A DNA stretch of 64,000 nucleotides from the human T2T-CHM13v2.0 reference genome, Homo sapiens. Where the stretch lies: the NCBI RefSeq assembly GCF_009914755.1, contig NC_060944.1; one strand, written 5' to 3'. Below are positions 43,501-54,250 of the stretch, piece by piece. The notes below the pieces were generated by a model that was not told where the DNA came from, did not search any database, and was given only the letters and a program-made list of their open reading frames with translations. The stretch's first letter is position 1. Each line of letters opens with the position of its first letter. The translations under genes and the position numbers were made by a program.

Positions 43501-46191
43501 AGTGCCCCTGCCCTTTGCAAACTATTCCGTAGAGCCCCAGGCCTCTTCCCACCCCGTGGGCTAGGTGTCCCATGTTCCACTGAGTTTGGGGAGAAATCTT
43601 GAAAATGCAATTTCCTTAAGGCTCTGAGATGTCCTGCAGTGGGGAAACCTTCCTGGTTCAGTTTATCCTGGAGTTTCCCAAACTCATTCTCCGAGGAGCC
43701 CTGTCACCTCCTCCTCTCCTGAGCCCACCGGTCCTGGCCATGCTGCGAGGTGTCCTCCCAGGCCCACCTGTTCTCCAGCACCCGCAGGTTCTCCTTCAGT
43801 GTCTTCTGCTGTTCCCGGAGCTGGTGGTTCTTGGAGAAGAGCTCCTCGATCCTCTGGGCGTCCCTGTGGTGGGAAACAGCTAAAGTGGGGTCCTGTTCCA
43901 TCCAGGAAGCCACACGCTGTCCCCACCATCCAGCCTGGGGGGGCAGCGCGATTCGGCACCTGCAGCCTTGGTCTGGGGGCAACGCCTAACCCGGTGCCCC
44001 CCTCCCAGTCATCTGCACGCTCCTCTGTGACGTCTGTCCCGTCCACGCAGCCCCCCCAGTCATCTGCACGCTCCTCTGTGACGTCTGTCCCGTCCACGCA
44101 ACGCCCCCCCAGTCATCTGCACGCTCCTCTGTGACGTCTGTTCCGTCCACGCACCACCCCCCCCAGTCATCTGCACGCTCCTCTGTGACGTCTGTCCCGT
44201 CCACGCACCCCCCCCAGTCATCTGCACGCTCCTCTGTGATGTCTGTCCTGTCCACGCAACGCCCCCCCAGTCATCTGCACGCTCCTCTGTGACGTCTGTC
44301 CTGTCCACACACCACCCCCCCGGTCATCTGCACGCTCCTCTGTGACGTCTGTCCTGTCCACGCAACGCCCCCCCAGTCATCTGCACGCTCCTCTGTCACG
44401 TCTGTCCTGTCCACGCAACGCCCCCCCAGTCATCTGCACGCTCCTCTGTGACGTCTGTCCTGTCCACGCAACGCCCCCCCAGTCATCTGCACGCTCCTCT
44501 GTGACGTCTGTCCTGTCCACACACCGCCCCCCCTGTCATCTGCACGCTCCTCTGTGACGTCTGTCCTGTCCACGCACCACTTTAGTGCCACAGCACAGGC
44601 AGGACCATAGCCGGGTCTATAAGCCAGAACGCAGGGAGCCTGCCCGCCCGCCAGTGTCTGACCAGACATGACCCCAGCTCACCGTGAACGTATTGTTGAT
44701 ATTCTGATCATGATCCTGGGGTGGGAGAAGCCCCGAGTAGGGGGCTTGCCCCGCCCCTGGGAGGCCGACGCAACTGGGTTCAAGTGCTGGCTTCGCTGCC
44801 TGCTCACCGTGTGACCTTGGACAAGTGACTCCCCCCGCCCCCACACTGAGCCTCAGTTTCCCTTCTGCACCATAGGACGGTGGTAGTGCTGGCACACTGG
44901 GGCTTCAGGGGGATGAAGTGGCCAGTGTGGTCCCTGTGAGGAGGGGCCCTGCTTGGCCTGACTCACCGGCACCTCTCTGAGTTCAGTTCCAGAAGCTTGT
45001 TCTGCAGGCCTGGGGGAGCAAGCAGAGGGGCGGGGGGTCAGGCCCAGCTGCTGCTTCACCTTCAGTGTCCCCACCACGGGGTCTGGGCAGAGCTGCAATG
45101 TGGCACTCCTGTCCCCTGCACCCCCTGGGGGAGCCCTGCCAGGTGAGCCCCTGTCTGTGCCCAGGCACGGGGCTGCCTGAGGCTCGGTGGTCTCGGCCTA
45201 GCATCTGTTGCTTCCCCTGGGGTCTCTGCCTCCGGCATCTGTCTGGGGGTGTCTGGGGGTGAGCAGGGACCCTGGTGCCACAAGTGACCAGCCACCTGTG
45301 AAAGGTAGAGGGACCGAGGGGCCATTTTGTGTGTGTGTGTGTGTCATAGCTAGTGTTGAAATAAGATAAGCTTCTGGGGCGGACCCCACCAGACCCTCTC
45401 CTTGCCGTATCTTGGGGATCCAACCTGGGCCTGGCTAGCCCCAGCAGCCCCACCTCTCTGGGTTGCCTAGGAGGCAGCCGGGTCCTTGGACCTCCAGGTG
45501 GGTGTGGGTGCTCAGTGGAAAGACCACGGGGAGGTGCTGGCCCTGGGACTGGACTGGGGGTGGTGTGGGGGCTGCGGCCCTGTCCCTCGTGGGGGAAGTG
45601 GACAGGGGTGGGGCCTGGGGCGTGTCCTAGAAGGAAGAGAAGAGTTGCAGCTCAGTGCCTTGACATGTTCTGGATGGGTCCAGAGAGCCATAAGCTCCTG
45701 TTTCTGGAAGTGGCTGTCTCTGCCCTGGTGAGCTCAGCAGGCCGGCCAGGGTGGGTACTTCTTTCTGCCACGCTGGAGGCCGGCCCACGGGAGAACAAAG
45801 CATGGGCAGCATGGGGCCTGCGGGTGGCAGGTGGCCATGAGGTGTTGGTGGCAACCCTTGAAAGTGCCCCTCCCCCTCGGGGTCACACTCTGGGAGTGGC
45901 TCGAGGACATCCCCGCTTGAGGTCAGCACTCGGGCCCAGGCAGGGTGTCTGCCACGTTGTAGCTCTGGGCCTTGGGTCAGGACTCCCCTGCCTGGGCCAA
46001 AAAGACGGGGTCCATTCCCTGACTTGGTGGGAATTGGAGGTGATCATGGGTGCACAGTGGCCTGCTCCGACCCTTAGGTGAGGGCTGTGGAGACCCCTCC
46101 CTAGCCTGGCATCTGTCCCTGGCCCCTCACCCAGGACTTCCTTCTCGTGGATCTCCTTCAGCCTGTTCAGCGACTCCATGAAGCTCTCCAT
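37422..46191 (-). CDS. RBBP8NL: RBBP8 (CtIP) N-terminal-like protein, 664 aa, spliced
   Basis: Coding exons 46131-46191, 44967-45009, 43768-43863, 43304-43416, 42708-42780, 42332-42489, 42122-42204, 41665-41831, 40365-41100, 39945-40089, 39374-39444, 39168-39297, 37422-37540 = 1995 nt, in frame, GT-AG. The N-terminus [76 protein letters not shown] resembles the CtIP N-terminal coiled coil. Confidence 0.96.
39168..39297 (-). CDS. RBBP8NL: RBBP8NL exon 13
   Basis: VGLSSQAEATT...GPPRKRKRASEPGDK. Confidence 0.9.
39374..39444 (-). CDS. RBBP8NL: RBBP8NL exon 12
   Basis: EPSKAEVLRPESDELDETDTPGSE. Confidence 0.9.
39945..40089 (-). CDS. RBBP8NL: RBBP8NL exon 11
   Basis: DPSRPLPGSQ...PPPHPQPPPHPQPPDLDGHP. 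Confidence 0.9.
40365..41100 (-). CDS. RBBP8NL: RBBP8NL exon 10 (736 nt, contains PLDLS)
   Basis: FLRASRPS...DKPLDLSEW...EEASTPM |GTAAG. Confidence 0.93.
41665..41831 (-). CDS. RBBP8NL: RBBP8NL exon 9
   Basis: SPQRISNQLHGTIAVVRPG...ERGLSLD. Confidence 0.92.
42122..42204 (-). CDS. RBBP8NL: RBBP8NL exon 8
   Basis: EKPAGHRTSPVAKISPGATLPESRAPDM |GTAAG. Confidence 0.92.
42332..42489 (-). CDS. RBBP8NL: RBBP8NL exon 7
   Basis: DRPKPRAKEG...HQGVGLRGE; the in-frame donor is AAG|GTGCTG. Confidence 0.88.
42708..42780 (-). CDS. RBBP8NL: RBBP8NL exon 6
   Basis: TNEMNGLKEENETLKEEVKRLRGL. Confidence 0.94.
43304..43416 (-). CDS. RBBP8NL: RBBP8NL exon 5
   Basis: [37 protein letters not shown]. Confidence 0.95.
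43768..43863 (-). CDS. RBBP8NL: RBBP8NL exon 4
   Basis: [31 protein letters not shown]. Confidence 0.95.
44000..44580. repeat. VNTR, 11 copies of a 51-54-bp unit, RBBP8NL intron 3
   Basis: Unit CCCCCAGTCATCTGCACGCTCCTCTGTGACGTCTGTCCTGTCCACGCAACG. Confidence 0.97.
44967..45009 (-). CDS. RBBP8NL: RBBP8NL exon 3
   Basis: [14 protein letters not shown]. Confidence 0.93.
46131..46191 (-). CDS. RBBP8NL: RBBP8NL exon 2 coding part (exon starts at 46274)
   Basis: GGAGCCATGG Kozak; [20 protein letters not shown]; donor G|GTGAGG. Confidence 0.94.
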
Positions 46192-46893
46192 GGCTCCCTG
46201 TGGCCCTGGCCCGGGCCCCTCTGCGCTGGGGTTGTGGAGACGCCTGCAGCCTCTACTGCCCCTCTGTGTCCATCCTGAAGAGGAGGAAGAGGGGACAGGG
46301 ATCCGCTCAGGAAGGGCTTGTGGGCTGTGGAGTCCAGGAGAGGATTGGGGCTCCTTGTGTCTGTATGGAGCAGACCCCATGCCATGCTGTAGGGGCTACT
46401 CATGGGAGGTGGCCTGGAGGCTCCCGAACCCCACGGGCAGGCACAGAGATAGTACATTGTGTGGCTTCCTCCCACACGTATGTGGCCGGGGGCCAGAGGG
46501 CAGGGTGCTGGCTGCCGTGCGGGAGGGGCTGGAGGGGCCAGGGAGCATCTGGGGTGAGTGCCGGCACCTCTGAGCCACCCCGTTCTCCCCAGGTATCCAG
46601 CCCATCAGTGCCTGGCCTGTCCCCACATAAGCCCTTCCCCTGGCACCTCAATGGAGGGACAGGGAAGCCTGGCAAGAGCTGGATGGTGCTGGTGGCACCT
46701 GCCCAGCTGTGAAGCTGGGAGTCAGACCTCACCAGTAAGAGCCCCACAGACCCTACCATGCCACTGTCCACACCCCGGCCCCAACACCACTGTCACAGCA
46801 CCTCCTTCCCTCTCACCAGAGCCCTGTACTCAGTTCCCTCCTGGGATCTCTGTCCCCCTCCAATGCCGTGGCAGCTTCAATCCTGTCCCACAG

Positions 46894-46894
<1 letters not shown>

Positions 46895-46934
<40 letters not shown>

Positions 46935-47230
46935 TAGCATGTGCACACAACACACATGCACATATATGCAAAAGACACACACAGAGCATGTACACACATA
47001 ACACACATGCACAAAGACAGACACACCACACAGCATGTATACACACAACACACAGGCACACACCCAGAGTTACACACATACAACACATATGTACACAGAC
47101 AGGGATGCCCACACACAACACACAGAGACACATAGACATGGGTATACGCAGACACATGCTGACAACAAAGCTGTGCAGACATAGAGACACAGCTACACAT
47201 GCAGTTGCAGGTACACGGAAACACACACAG
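46895..47230. repeat. (CA)19 microsatellite (46895-46932) plus degenerate CA-rich tract
   Basis: Direct reading. Confidence 0.95.
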
Positions 47231-47744
47231 CCACAGCAGCCCCCTCTGCCCGGAAGCGGCTCCCACACGCAGATGCTGGAAGGTTCCAGGAAGAGGTAGG
47301 AGCCACTCTGAAGAGGTCACAGGCCCCCTCCCTCCCTGCCTGCCTCCCCTACCCACAGGTCTCAGGAGGTCCTTGGTAGGCAGTGGGTATCTTGTGGTCT
47401 CACGGACTAAGGCCAGAATTAAGGGGCCGTGGGGCCTTTGCAGGCTGGGCCTGGGGACCTGGGCTGGAGCACTCATCGTCAAACCCTCCCAGACCTTTCC
47501 AAATTCCCAGTGGCCTGGAGAGCTCCCAGGCAGGGCTGGGCGGAGTGAGCCTGGGGGCGCTGTGACTGTCTGTCTGTCCTCCCCTGACCCTTCCCCCTCC
47601 TCCCACAGATTGGCCTCCAGGCCTGGGAGGTTGGGATACCGGTCAAGTGGCTGGGCCTCTGCAAGCCAGTGTTTGTGGCACACAAACCGCTGCAGTTCAG
47701 ACTTCTTCACCGGGTGGCTTGTGCTTCACGCGGTCGGGTGGGGG

Positions 47745-48475
47745 AGTGTGTGTGTTTGCCGTGTGTGTGCACGCCCGAGCCAGTGTGCATGTGTGTGCCG
47801 TGTGTGTGCATGATAGCCAGTGTGCGTGTGTGTGTGCCATGTGTGTGCACGCCCGAGCCAGTGTGTGTCCCATGTGTGTGCACACCTGAGCCAGTGTGCA
47901 TGTGTGTGTGCCATGTGTGTGCACACCCAAGTCAGTGTGCGTGAGTGTGCGTGTGTGTGCCGTGTATGCGTGATTGCCAGTGTGCATGTGTGTGTGCCGT
48001 GTGTGTGCATGCCCAAGTCAGTGTGCATGTGTGTGCTGTGTGTGTGTGATAGCCAGTGTGCATGTGTGTGCACACCCAAGTCAGTGTGCATGTGTGTATG
48101 CCATGTGTGTGCACGCCTGAGCCAGTGTGCATGTGTGTGGCATGTGTGCATGATAGGCAGTGTGCATGTGTGTGTGCCAGAGCCAGTGTGCATGTGTATG
48201 TGCTGTGTGTGCATGCTCAAGCCAGTGTGCATGTGTGTGGCATGTGTGCATGATAGGCAGTGTGCATGTGTGTGTGCCATGTGTGTGCATACCCGAGCTA
48301 GTGTGCGGGTGTGTGCCATGTGTGTGCATGCCTGAGCCAGTGTGCATGTGTGTTTGCTGTGTGTGCACACCCGAGCCAGTGTGCATGTGTGTGTGCCATG
48401 TGTGTGCATCTGTTTTTGCTCTGTGTGTGCGTGCCCAAGCCAGTGTGCATGTGTGTGTGCTGTGTGTGTGCATAC
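47745..48475. repeat. TG-rich minisatellite, ~35-40-bp unit GCCAGTGTGCATGTGTGTGTGCCATGTGTGTGCA...
   Basis: Direct reading. Confidence 0.93.
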
Positions 48476-49079
48476 CCAACCTACTGTGGAACCACTGGTG
48501 CGTCACCTGAACAACTGTGTCGGCCTCCTCCCTGCCTGGCCTCCTGCTCAACCTTCCCTGAACCCCCTGCCTCCCCCCATCTCTTCCAGGACCACTCTCC
48601 ATGGTGGCCATCCCTGGGAAGCTCTGGTCTCTGCTCAGATGTGCACCGCTCTGCTCAAAATCCAACTTCGGGCTCGCAGCTGGAGGCCATGCCCAAGGCC
48701 TCGCCACGGCCAGCCCAGCCCAAGTGGATCACAGAGCGGAACAGCCATGGCTGCATCTGGGTTCTCAAAGGTCAGCCTGGAGACGCCCACGTGAGGGTCC
48801 TGTGTGCAACAGCATTCTACAGAACCGTCCCCAACAGGACCGCCTAACCCCATCCCATGACGGGTGGAATATGGTGGCCGCCCAGCCCCATGCCCATCCC
48901 AGCGTGGCCAAACCACCCAAGCCAGGCTTGAGGGTGCATTGAACACAGAAAGAGGCACTTGCCCTGGGGCCCTGGAAGTCAGGTGGTGGGCGTCTTTGGG
49001 GGTGGGGCTGGGGTGCCTCTAACTGAGGGTGGCAGGCCTTGGACCCCGAGAGAGGCCTTGGGACCCCGAGAGAGGCCAT

Positions 49080-49405
49080 GGGGCCTGGGGTGGGGACGGG
49101 GACTGGGGTGGGGATGGCGACTGGGGTGGGGACGGGGACTGGGGTGGGGATGGGGCCCGGGGTGGGGATGGGGCCCGGGGTGGGGACGGGGCCTGGGGTG
49201 GGGACGGGGCCTGGGGTGGGGACGGGGCCCGGGGTGGGGACGGGGCCCGGGGTGGGGACGGGGCCCGGGGTGGGGATGGCGACTGGGGTGGGGATGGCCA
49301 CTGGGGTGGGAATGGGGCCCGGGGTGGGGATGGGGCCCGGAGTGGGGATGGGGCCCGGGGTGGGGATGGGGACCGGGGTGGGGATGGGGACCGGGGTGGG
49401 GATGG
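49080..49405. repeat. 18-bp G-rich VNTR (GGGGTGGGGA(C/T)GGGGCCC), ~18 copies
   Basis: Direct reading. Confidence 0.96.
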
Positions 49406-52400
49406 TGACTGGAGCCACTTGGAAGGAGGGTGTCCTAACTCTTGCCGAGCCCTTGCACCTGTGATCAAGCATTAGTGCCGAGCCTGGTGGGGCAGCAAGG
49501 GGTGTGGGACAGAGTGTGGCCTGTGTTCGGGGGTGGCTGCAGCGTCCCCAGGGGCCCCTGACAGGGCTAGTGGGGCTGCATGGAGGGCGGAGCACCAGGA
49601 TGCTGGGCTGCAGAGGCTCAGTCCACAGACCCGCCTGGGCTTTGGGGCCTCCAGCCACCCTCGGAGGGAGTGGGGGTGACAGTTGGCGGCTCTGTGTTGG
49701 GTGGGTGAGGGATCCTGGGACTAGGGAGACTTGGGGCTTTCCTGGTGGGAGGCTGGGAGGGATGTCTTTGCTGGTGAAGGGGACCAACAGGACGCTGAGC
49801 TCCAGAGGTGGGGACAGCATGGAGCCTGCCGGAAGCAGGTCACGTGGCCAGCATCAGTGGTTCTGACCCTGTTTCCCGAACTCCGTACACACTGAGACCT
49901 TCCTGACAGCCCACGGAATCTTGACCACACCACGAAGACCTCGCTCCAGATGGGGAAACTGAGGCCCAAACAGATCAAGCCTCCCGTCTCAGTCACCCAG
50001 TGGGAAGTGGGATCTGGGTTGTGCCCAGCTCCTGGGGCTGTGGGTCTGCATGCTCTGCCTGTGTGGACTGGGGCGTCCTCCCCATGGCTCTGGTGCACCC
50101 AGCTGCACTGGCTTTTCCTGGCCAAGGGGGCCCCCGGGAGGAAGATGTCAGAGCCGGGGCCTCCCTGGGCTCAAGCAGCTGAGGAGGGCCAGGAGGGGGC
50201 GGAGCTGCAGCTCCTGAAACTCCCCCCAGACCCGCCCAACAGGCCACTCTTCCCTGGCCCCCAGCATCTGCCATGTGGGCTGGGCCGACGCCCATAAAGG
50301 AGCCGCCCAAGGGAGCCCATGGTGCCTGCGGGCCTGGGAGAGCTCTCTGGGGTCCACACGAGAGGTGGGCTTCCTTCCCAGTGAAGTCACTGTGGTGCAG
50401 AGGCTGGGACGGAGCCTCTGCTGTGCCTCCCACTCACAGGATCCTTTCTGTGCCCGAAACCACCTGCAGCACTCCTAGAGTGCTGGAGAGCTCCGGGGAA
50501 GGGATGGGAGGTGGAGGGAAGTTGCAAGCCTTGGTGCTTTTGGGGAGAAGAAATGAACCAGGATTGTAGAAATTCACCCAGACCCGCACCCGCAGCCTTG
50601 AGCCAGGGGTCAGCAGCGGGGTCAGTGGGGCTGGCTTTTTCTTCCCGAGTCAGCCTTCTCTGGGTTTGTTGGGCTTGCCAAGGGCAGCTAGGGGTGCTGG
50701 GGCTGGGGGAACTCGGAAGGAGGGTCTCCTCCAGGCCTGGGTGGGGGCTGCAGTGGGGCTGTGATGGGGGAGCAAGCCTACCGGGGCGGGGAGGGGCTGG
50801 GCTGAGGCTCATGGGGGGCTTCACAGGGCTGGGGTGAGAGAGCTGAGCTCTGGTCCAGGGTCACCCTCAGCCACTCCTCCCACTCCCAGACCCTCCCACT
50901 CGGGAGTCCAGGCTGGAGGGTCTCTGTGGGTGCTGAGCCCCCTGGAAGGAGTGGGGGAAGGGGAGGGCAGGCTAGTGAGCCGCTGTCCCACCTGCTGCTT
51001 GCAGCTGGGCCGTGGGGGGGGCAGGTGTGAGGGGCGCATGTCTGTCCCCCTCGACACCACTCTCACCCCACCATGCCTTGCCCTCTGCTCCATTTTGCCA
51101 CTGAGAACACGACCCAGAGGTGGCGTCTTGCCCACGGTCAAAGCTAGTGAGAGCCGGGCTGGGCTTCAGCTAACCCAGGCCGGCAGCTCCGCCTCCTGCA
51201 GTGAGGTGCTACTGGTGCCAGCAACTTTGCCTTCGGGGGACTGCTCCTTAAAACCAAGGGGCGACGTGCTGCTCTCACCAGAACGGAACAGAGCCCATCC
51301 AGTAAACGGGTGCCTCTTATCCCCCGGACAGGGCCCAGGAGAGCCCTCCATGGGGAGCCTGAGGCTGGCAGACCACCTTCCACCTCATGTCCTCATCCAG
51401 GGAATGGACATGCACTGTGGGCCCTGCCTGTCCCTCAGGACTCCCACCTCCCTCTAAAGGCCCCCCAGAGCCTGCACGTGCCCTCCTAGGGTCTCCACCC
51501 ACCCTCCCAGGGCACTCTGGAGTGGCCACTCAGAGGGGGCAGAGGTTTGCTGTTGTTAATCCTACCTCACGCATTCTCAGAGCCCCAGCAGAGAGGGTGC
51601 ACCCCCCCCACCCGCTGAGCTGGCTGGGGCGGGGCAGGGGTCGCATTCCTGAAGGGTGCTGGCTGGAGAGTCAGTCTGGGCGGAGGGTAAAGGTGTGGGC
51701 TTCCCAGTCAGCAGCCCTGGTGGGGCTCTCGGACCCATCTCTGCTCTCTATGCGGCCTTGGGCAAGTTGCTTTTCCTCTCTGAGCCTGTTTCCTCACCTG
51801 GGGGTGACAGCACCCCTGCCCCTGTATCAGGCTGCTTAGAAGCTCCTCACAGGTAATGCCTGTGTGGCCAGGAGCTCCGTAGACAGGAGCGCTCAGTGAG
51901 CAGCCGAGGGAGACCCCGATTCACCTGCGCCTCCCTCATGACCTGCGCCTCCCTCATGTGGGACCCCAGGTGTCCAGCAGTGCTGACGGCAGGACCCTCT
52001 GTGCTTGGACAAGGTCAAGTCTCATTGCCACAAAGGCCTTGTGCAGGAGGACGCAGCCCTCCCCACGCTCAGGGCAGAGGTCCGGCTTCTGACGGTGATG
52101 ACACTCATCCTTGGACGGCTGCTCACTACGGACTCCAATGGGCTCACGGCATCTCTGTGGCTACACCCAGGGGAGATGCCACCTGCCTCCCACACACAGG
52201 CCAGGGAATCACAGGCCCAGCTGTGGCCCTGGCAGGACTGGACATTGTCCGGCCGAGTGCCAAAACCCACAGTGATGCCTGTTCTTACCCTGTCCTCTGG
52301 GAGGCCGGGCCCCCTGAGCTCCTCTGCTGTCTGAGCAGGAGGCATCCGGGGCATCACTGGGCTCCCCGCCTCTCCGAGGGCACTCAACCAGAGAAGCCGC

Positions 52401-52589
52401 CTGGGCACCAGTGCTCCAAGGACGTCTGCCAGGCCGGCTGCTCTCCACCCCAGCCACCGACCCCCAGCAGGCTCTTTGGGGCAGGAGTGCGGAGCTGGAC
52501 ACTGGTACCCTCCGTCTCTGAGGCCTGGGCTGTCTGTATGTCCATCTGACTGACTGCCCACCTATCCAGGAGCAACGGTGATGGCCACA

Positions 52590-52935
52590 GCAGTAGCAGT
52601 GGCAGTGGCAGTGGCATAGCAGTGGCAGTGGCATAGCAGTGGCAGTGACAGTAGCAGTAGCAGTGGCAGTGGGAGTGGCATAGCAGTGGCAGTGGCAGTA
52701 GCAGTGGCAGTGGGAGTGGCAGTGGCAGTGGCATTAGCAGTGGCAGTGGCAGTGGTAGCAGTAGCAGTGGCAGTGGTGACAGTGGCAGTGGAAGTAGCAG
52801 CGGCAGCGGCAGTGGCAGTGGCATTAGCAGTGGCAGTGGCAGTGGTAGCAGTAGCAGTGGCAGTGGTGACAGTGGCAGTGGAAGCAGCGGCAGCGGCAGT
52901 GGCAGTGGCATTAGCAGTGGCAGTGGCAGTGGCTG
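52590..52935. repeat. (GCAGTG)n hexamer repeat with ~87-90-bp higher-order period
   Basis: GCATTAGCAG recurs at 52731, 52821 and 52908. Confidence 0.95.
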
Positions 52936-54165
52936 CTGTTGATCACATACTGTTCTGTGTCAAGCACCACACCAGGCTTTTTCCCACTTGCATGGGCACT
53001 GAAACCATCCTGCAGCTTTGCTGAGGAAGCCAAGCTCAGAGTGGTGCCCTCTGCACCTTGACCCGCTTCTCCCCAAGGGATTCCCCTGCCCCTGTCCACC
53101 TCCTGGCTGCCCCTGTGGAACACCCACTGCATAGCTAGGTTGGGCACATGCATGTGGCCGGGGCCCACCTGGCCTTGGAGGAAGTGCTGATTGTCTCATT
53201 CTACAGGTTTGGACACTGAGGCTTGAAGCAGATCAGAGATGAGCAGGTGGAGCAAGATTTGGACCTGGACATGGCCTCAGAGTCTCCTCCCACCCTCTGT
53301 GGTAATGGGCAAAGCCTCTCCCATGGAGACTTCGGCCAGGTCGCTTGTCTGGCCGTGCCTCAGTTTCTGTGACTGTAGAACAGATGTTGGTGGTGAGCCC
53401 TGACCCAGGCTCCTGTGCACACACCGCCGCAGGGCCCCCGGGACAGCTGCACACGCATGTTGTGTGTGCACATGCACTCGTGTACCCCACACGCGCGTGC
53501 CCCCGTGCACTCGTGTGTACACATAAACAGAGGAGCCAGCCGAGGTGTCCCTGCAGCTCAGGCACAGCAGCCCTGCAACCTGACTCCCTCCCGGAGGTGG
53601 AGGTGGGCCGGGCTGCTCTCCTGCCCTGCCGGCTGGCTCCCTGAGGCCTGGCCCGTGGGGGAGGGGGTTGAGCAAGGCCCGCCTTTGTGGCTGCTTCCCC
53701 ACAGACACAGCGGCAGAGGAGTCCCCTGCTCAGTGCCCAGCTGCGGGTGCTGCACCCCTGCACCACCCTCACCCCTGTGGCTGCGCCCGCTTATCCTCTT
53801 GTGAACCTGGATGGTGGGGCGGGACAGGCCCAGGGTGGAGGGCGAGGCCACCAGCCTGTCCCTGATGCCCCAAGCCCCTCAGCAGACCATGGACACTTCC
53901 TGGGCCCTGGTGCCAGACTAGGCCTGGCCTCTTTGCACCCAGCTCCTGCCAGGAACGCCCACTGAGCTCTCTCCGTTGCTAGGTCCCTGGACCAGGAGCA
54001 GCCTTGTGCCACCCCTTAGGGAAGACGTCCAGTCCCACCCACCCCCGCGGCTCTCCTCGCAGGAGTCCAAGCTGGGCCTCCAGCCTCCCTGGTGAGCACC
54101 CCAGCCAGGGATCCCAGCTCACCCGGCTACTTGGGTGGCCTGGCCCCGGGGTCCCGGGTACTCAC

Positions 54166-54250
54166 ATGGCTCCTGGCCCTGCCTCAACCTCTGTCGACCT
54201 CTGCGCGGAGTCCCCCACGCTCTTCACAGGGAGAGAGAAGTGAGCGGGCT
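54166..54250 (-). other. RBBP8NL: Probable RBBP8NL non-coding exon 1 (5' end approximate)
   Basis: Strong donor CAT|GTGAGTA after 54166 in a locally CpG-richer patch; position fits my recollection of the ~17 kb gene length. Confidence 0.55.

Noticed and set aside
44000-44580. CRISPR-like array
   Set aside because: Units are head-to-tail with no unique spacers; eukaryotic VNTR with no cas genes.
46813-48510. Cys/Val- and His/Thr-rich metallothionein-like ORFs
   Set aside because: Translations of TG/CA simple repeats.
48765-49820. 351-aa (PTPGPI)n mucin/extensin-like ORF
   Set aside because: Produced by the 18-bp VNTR, which is open in all frames.
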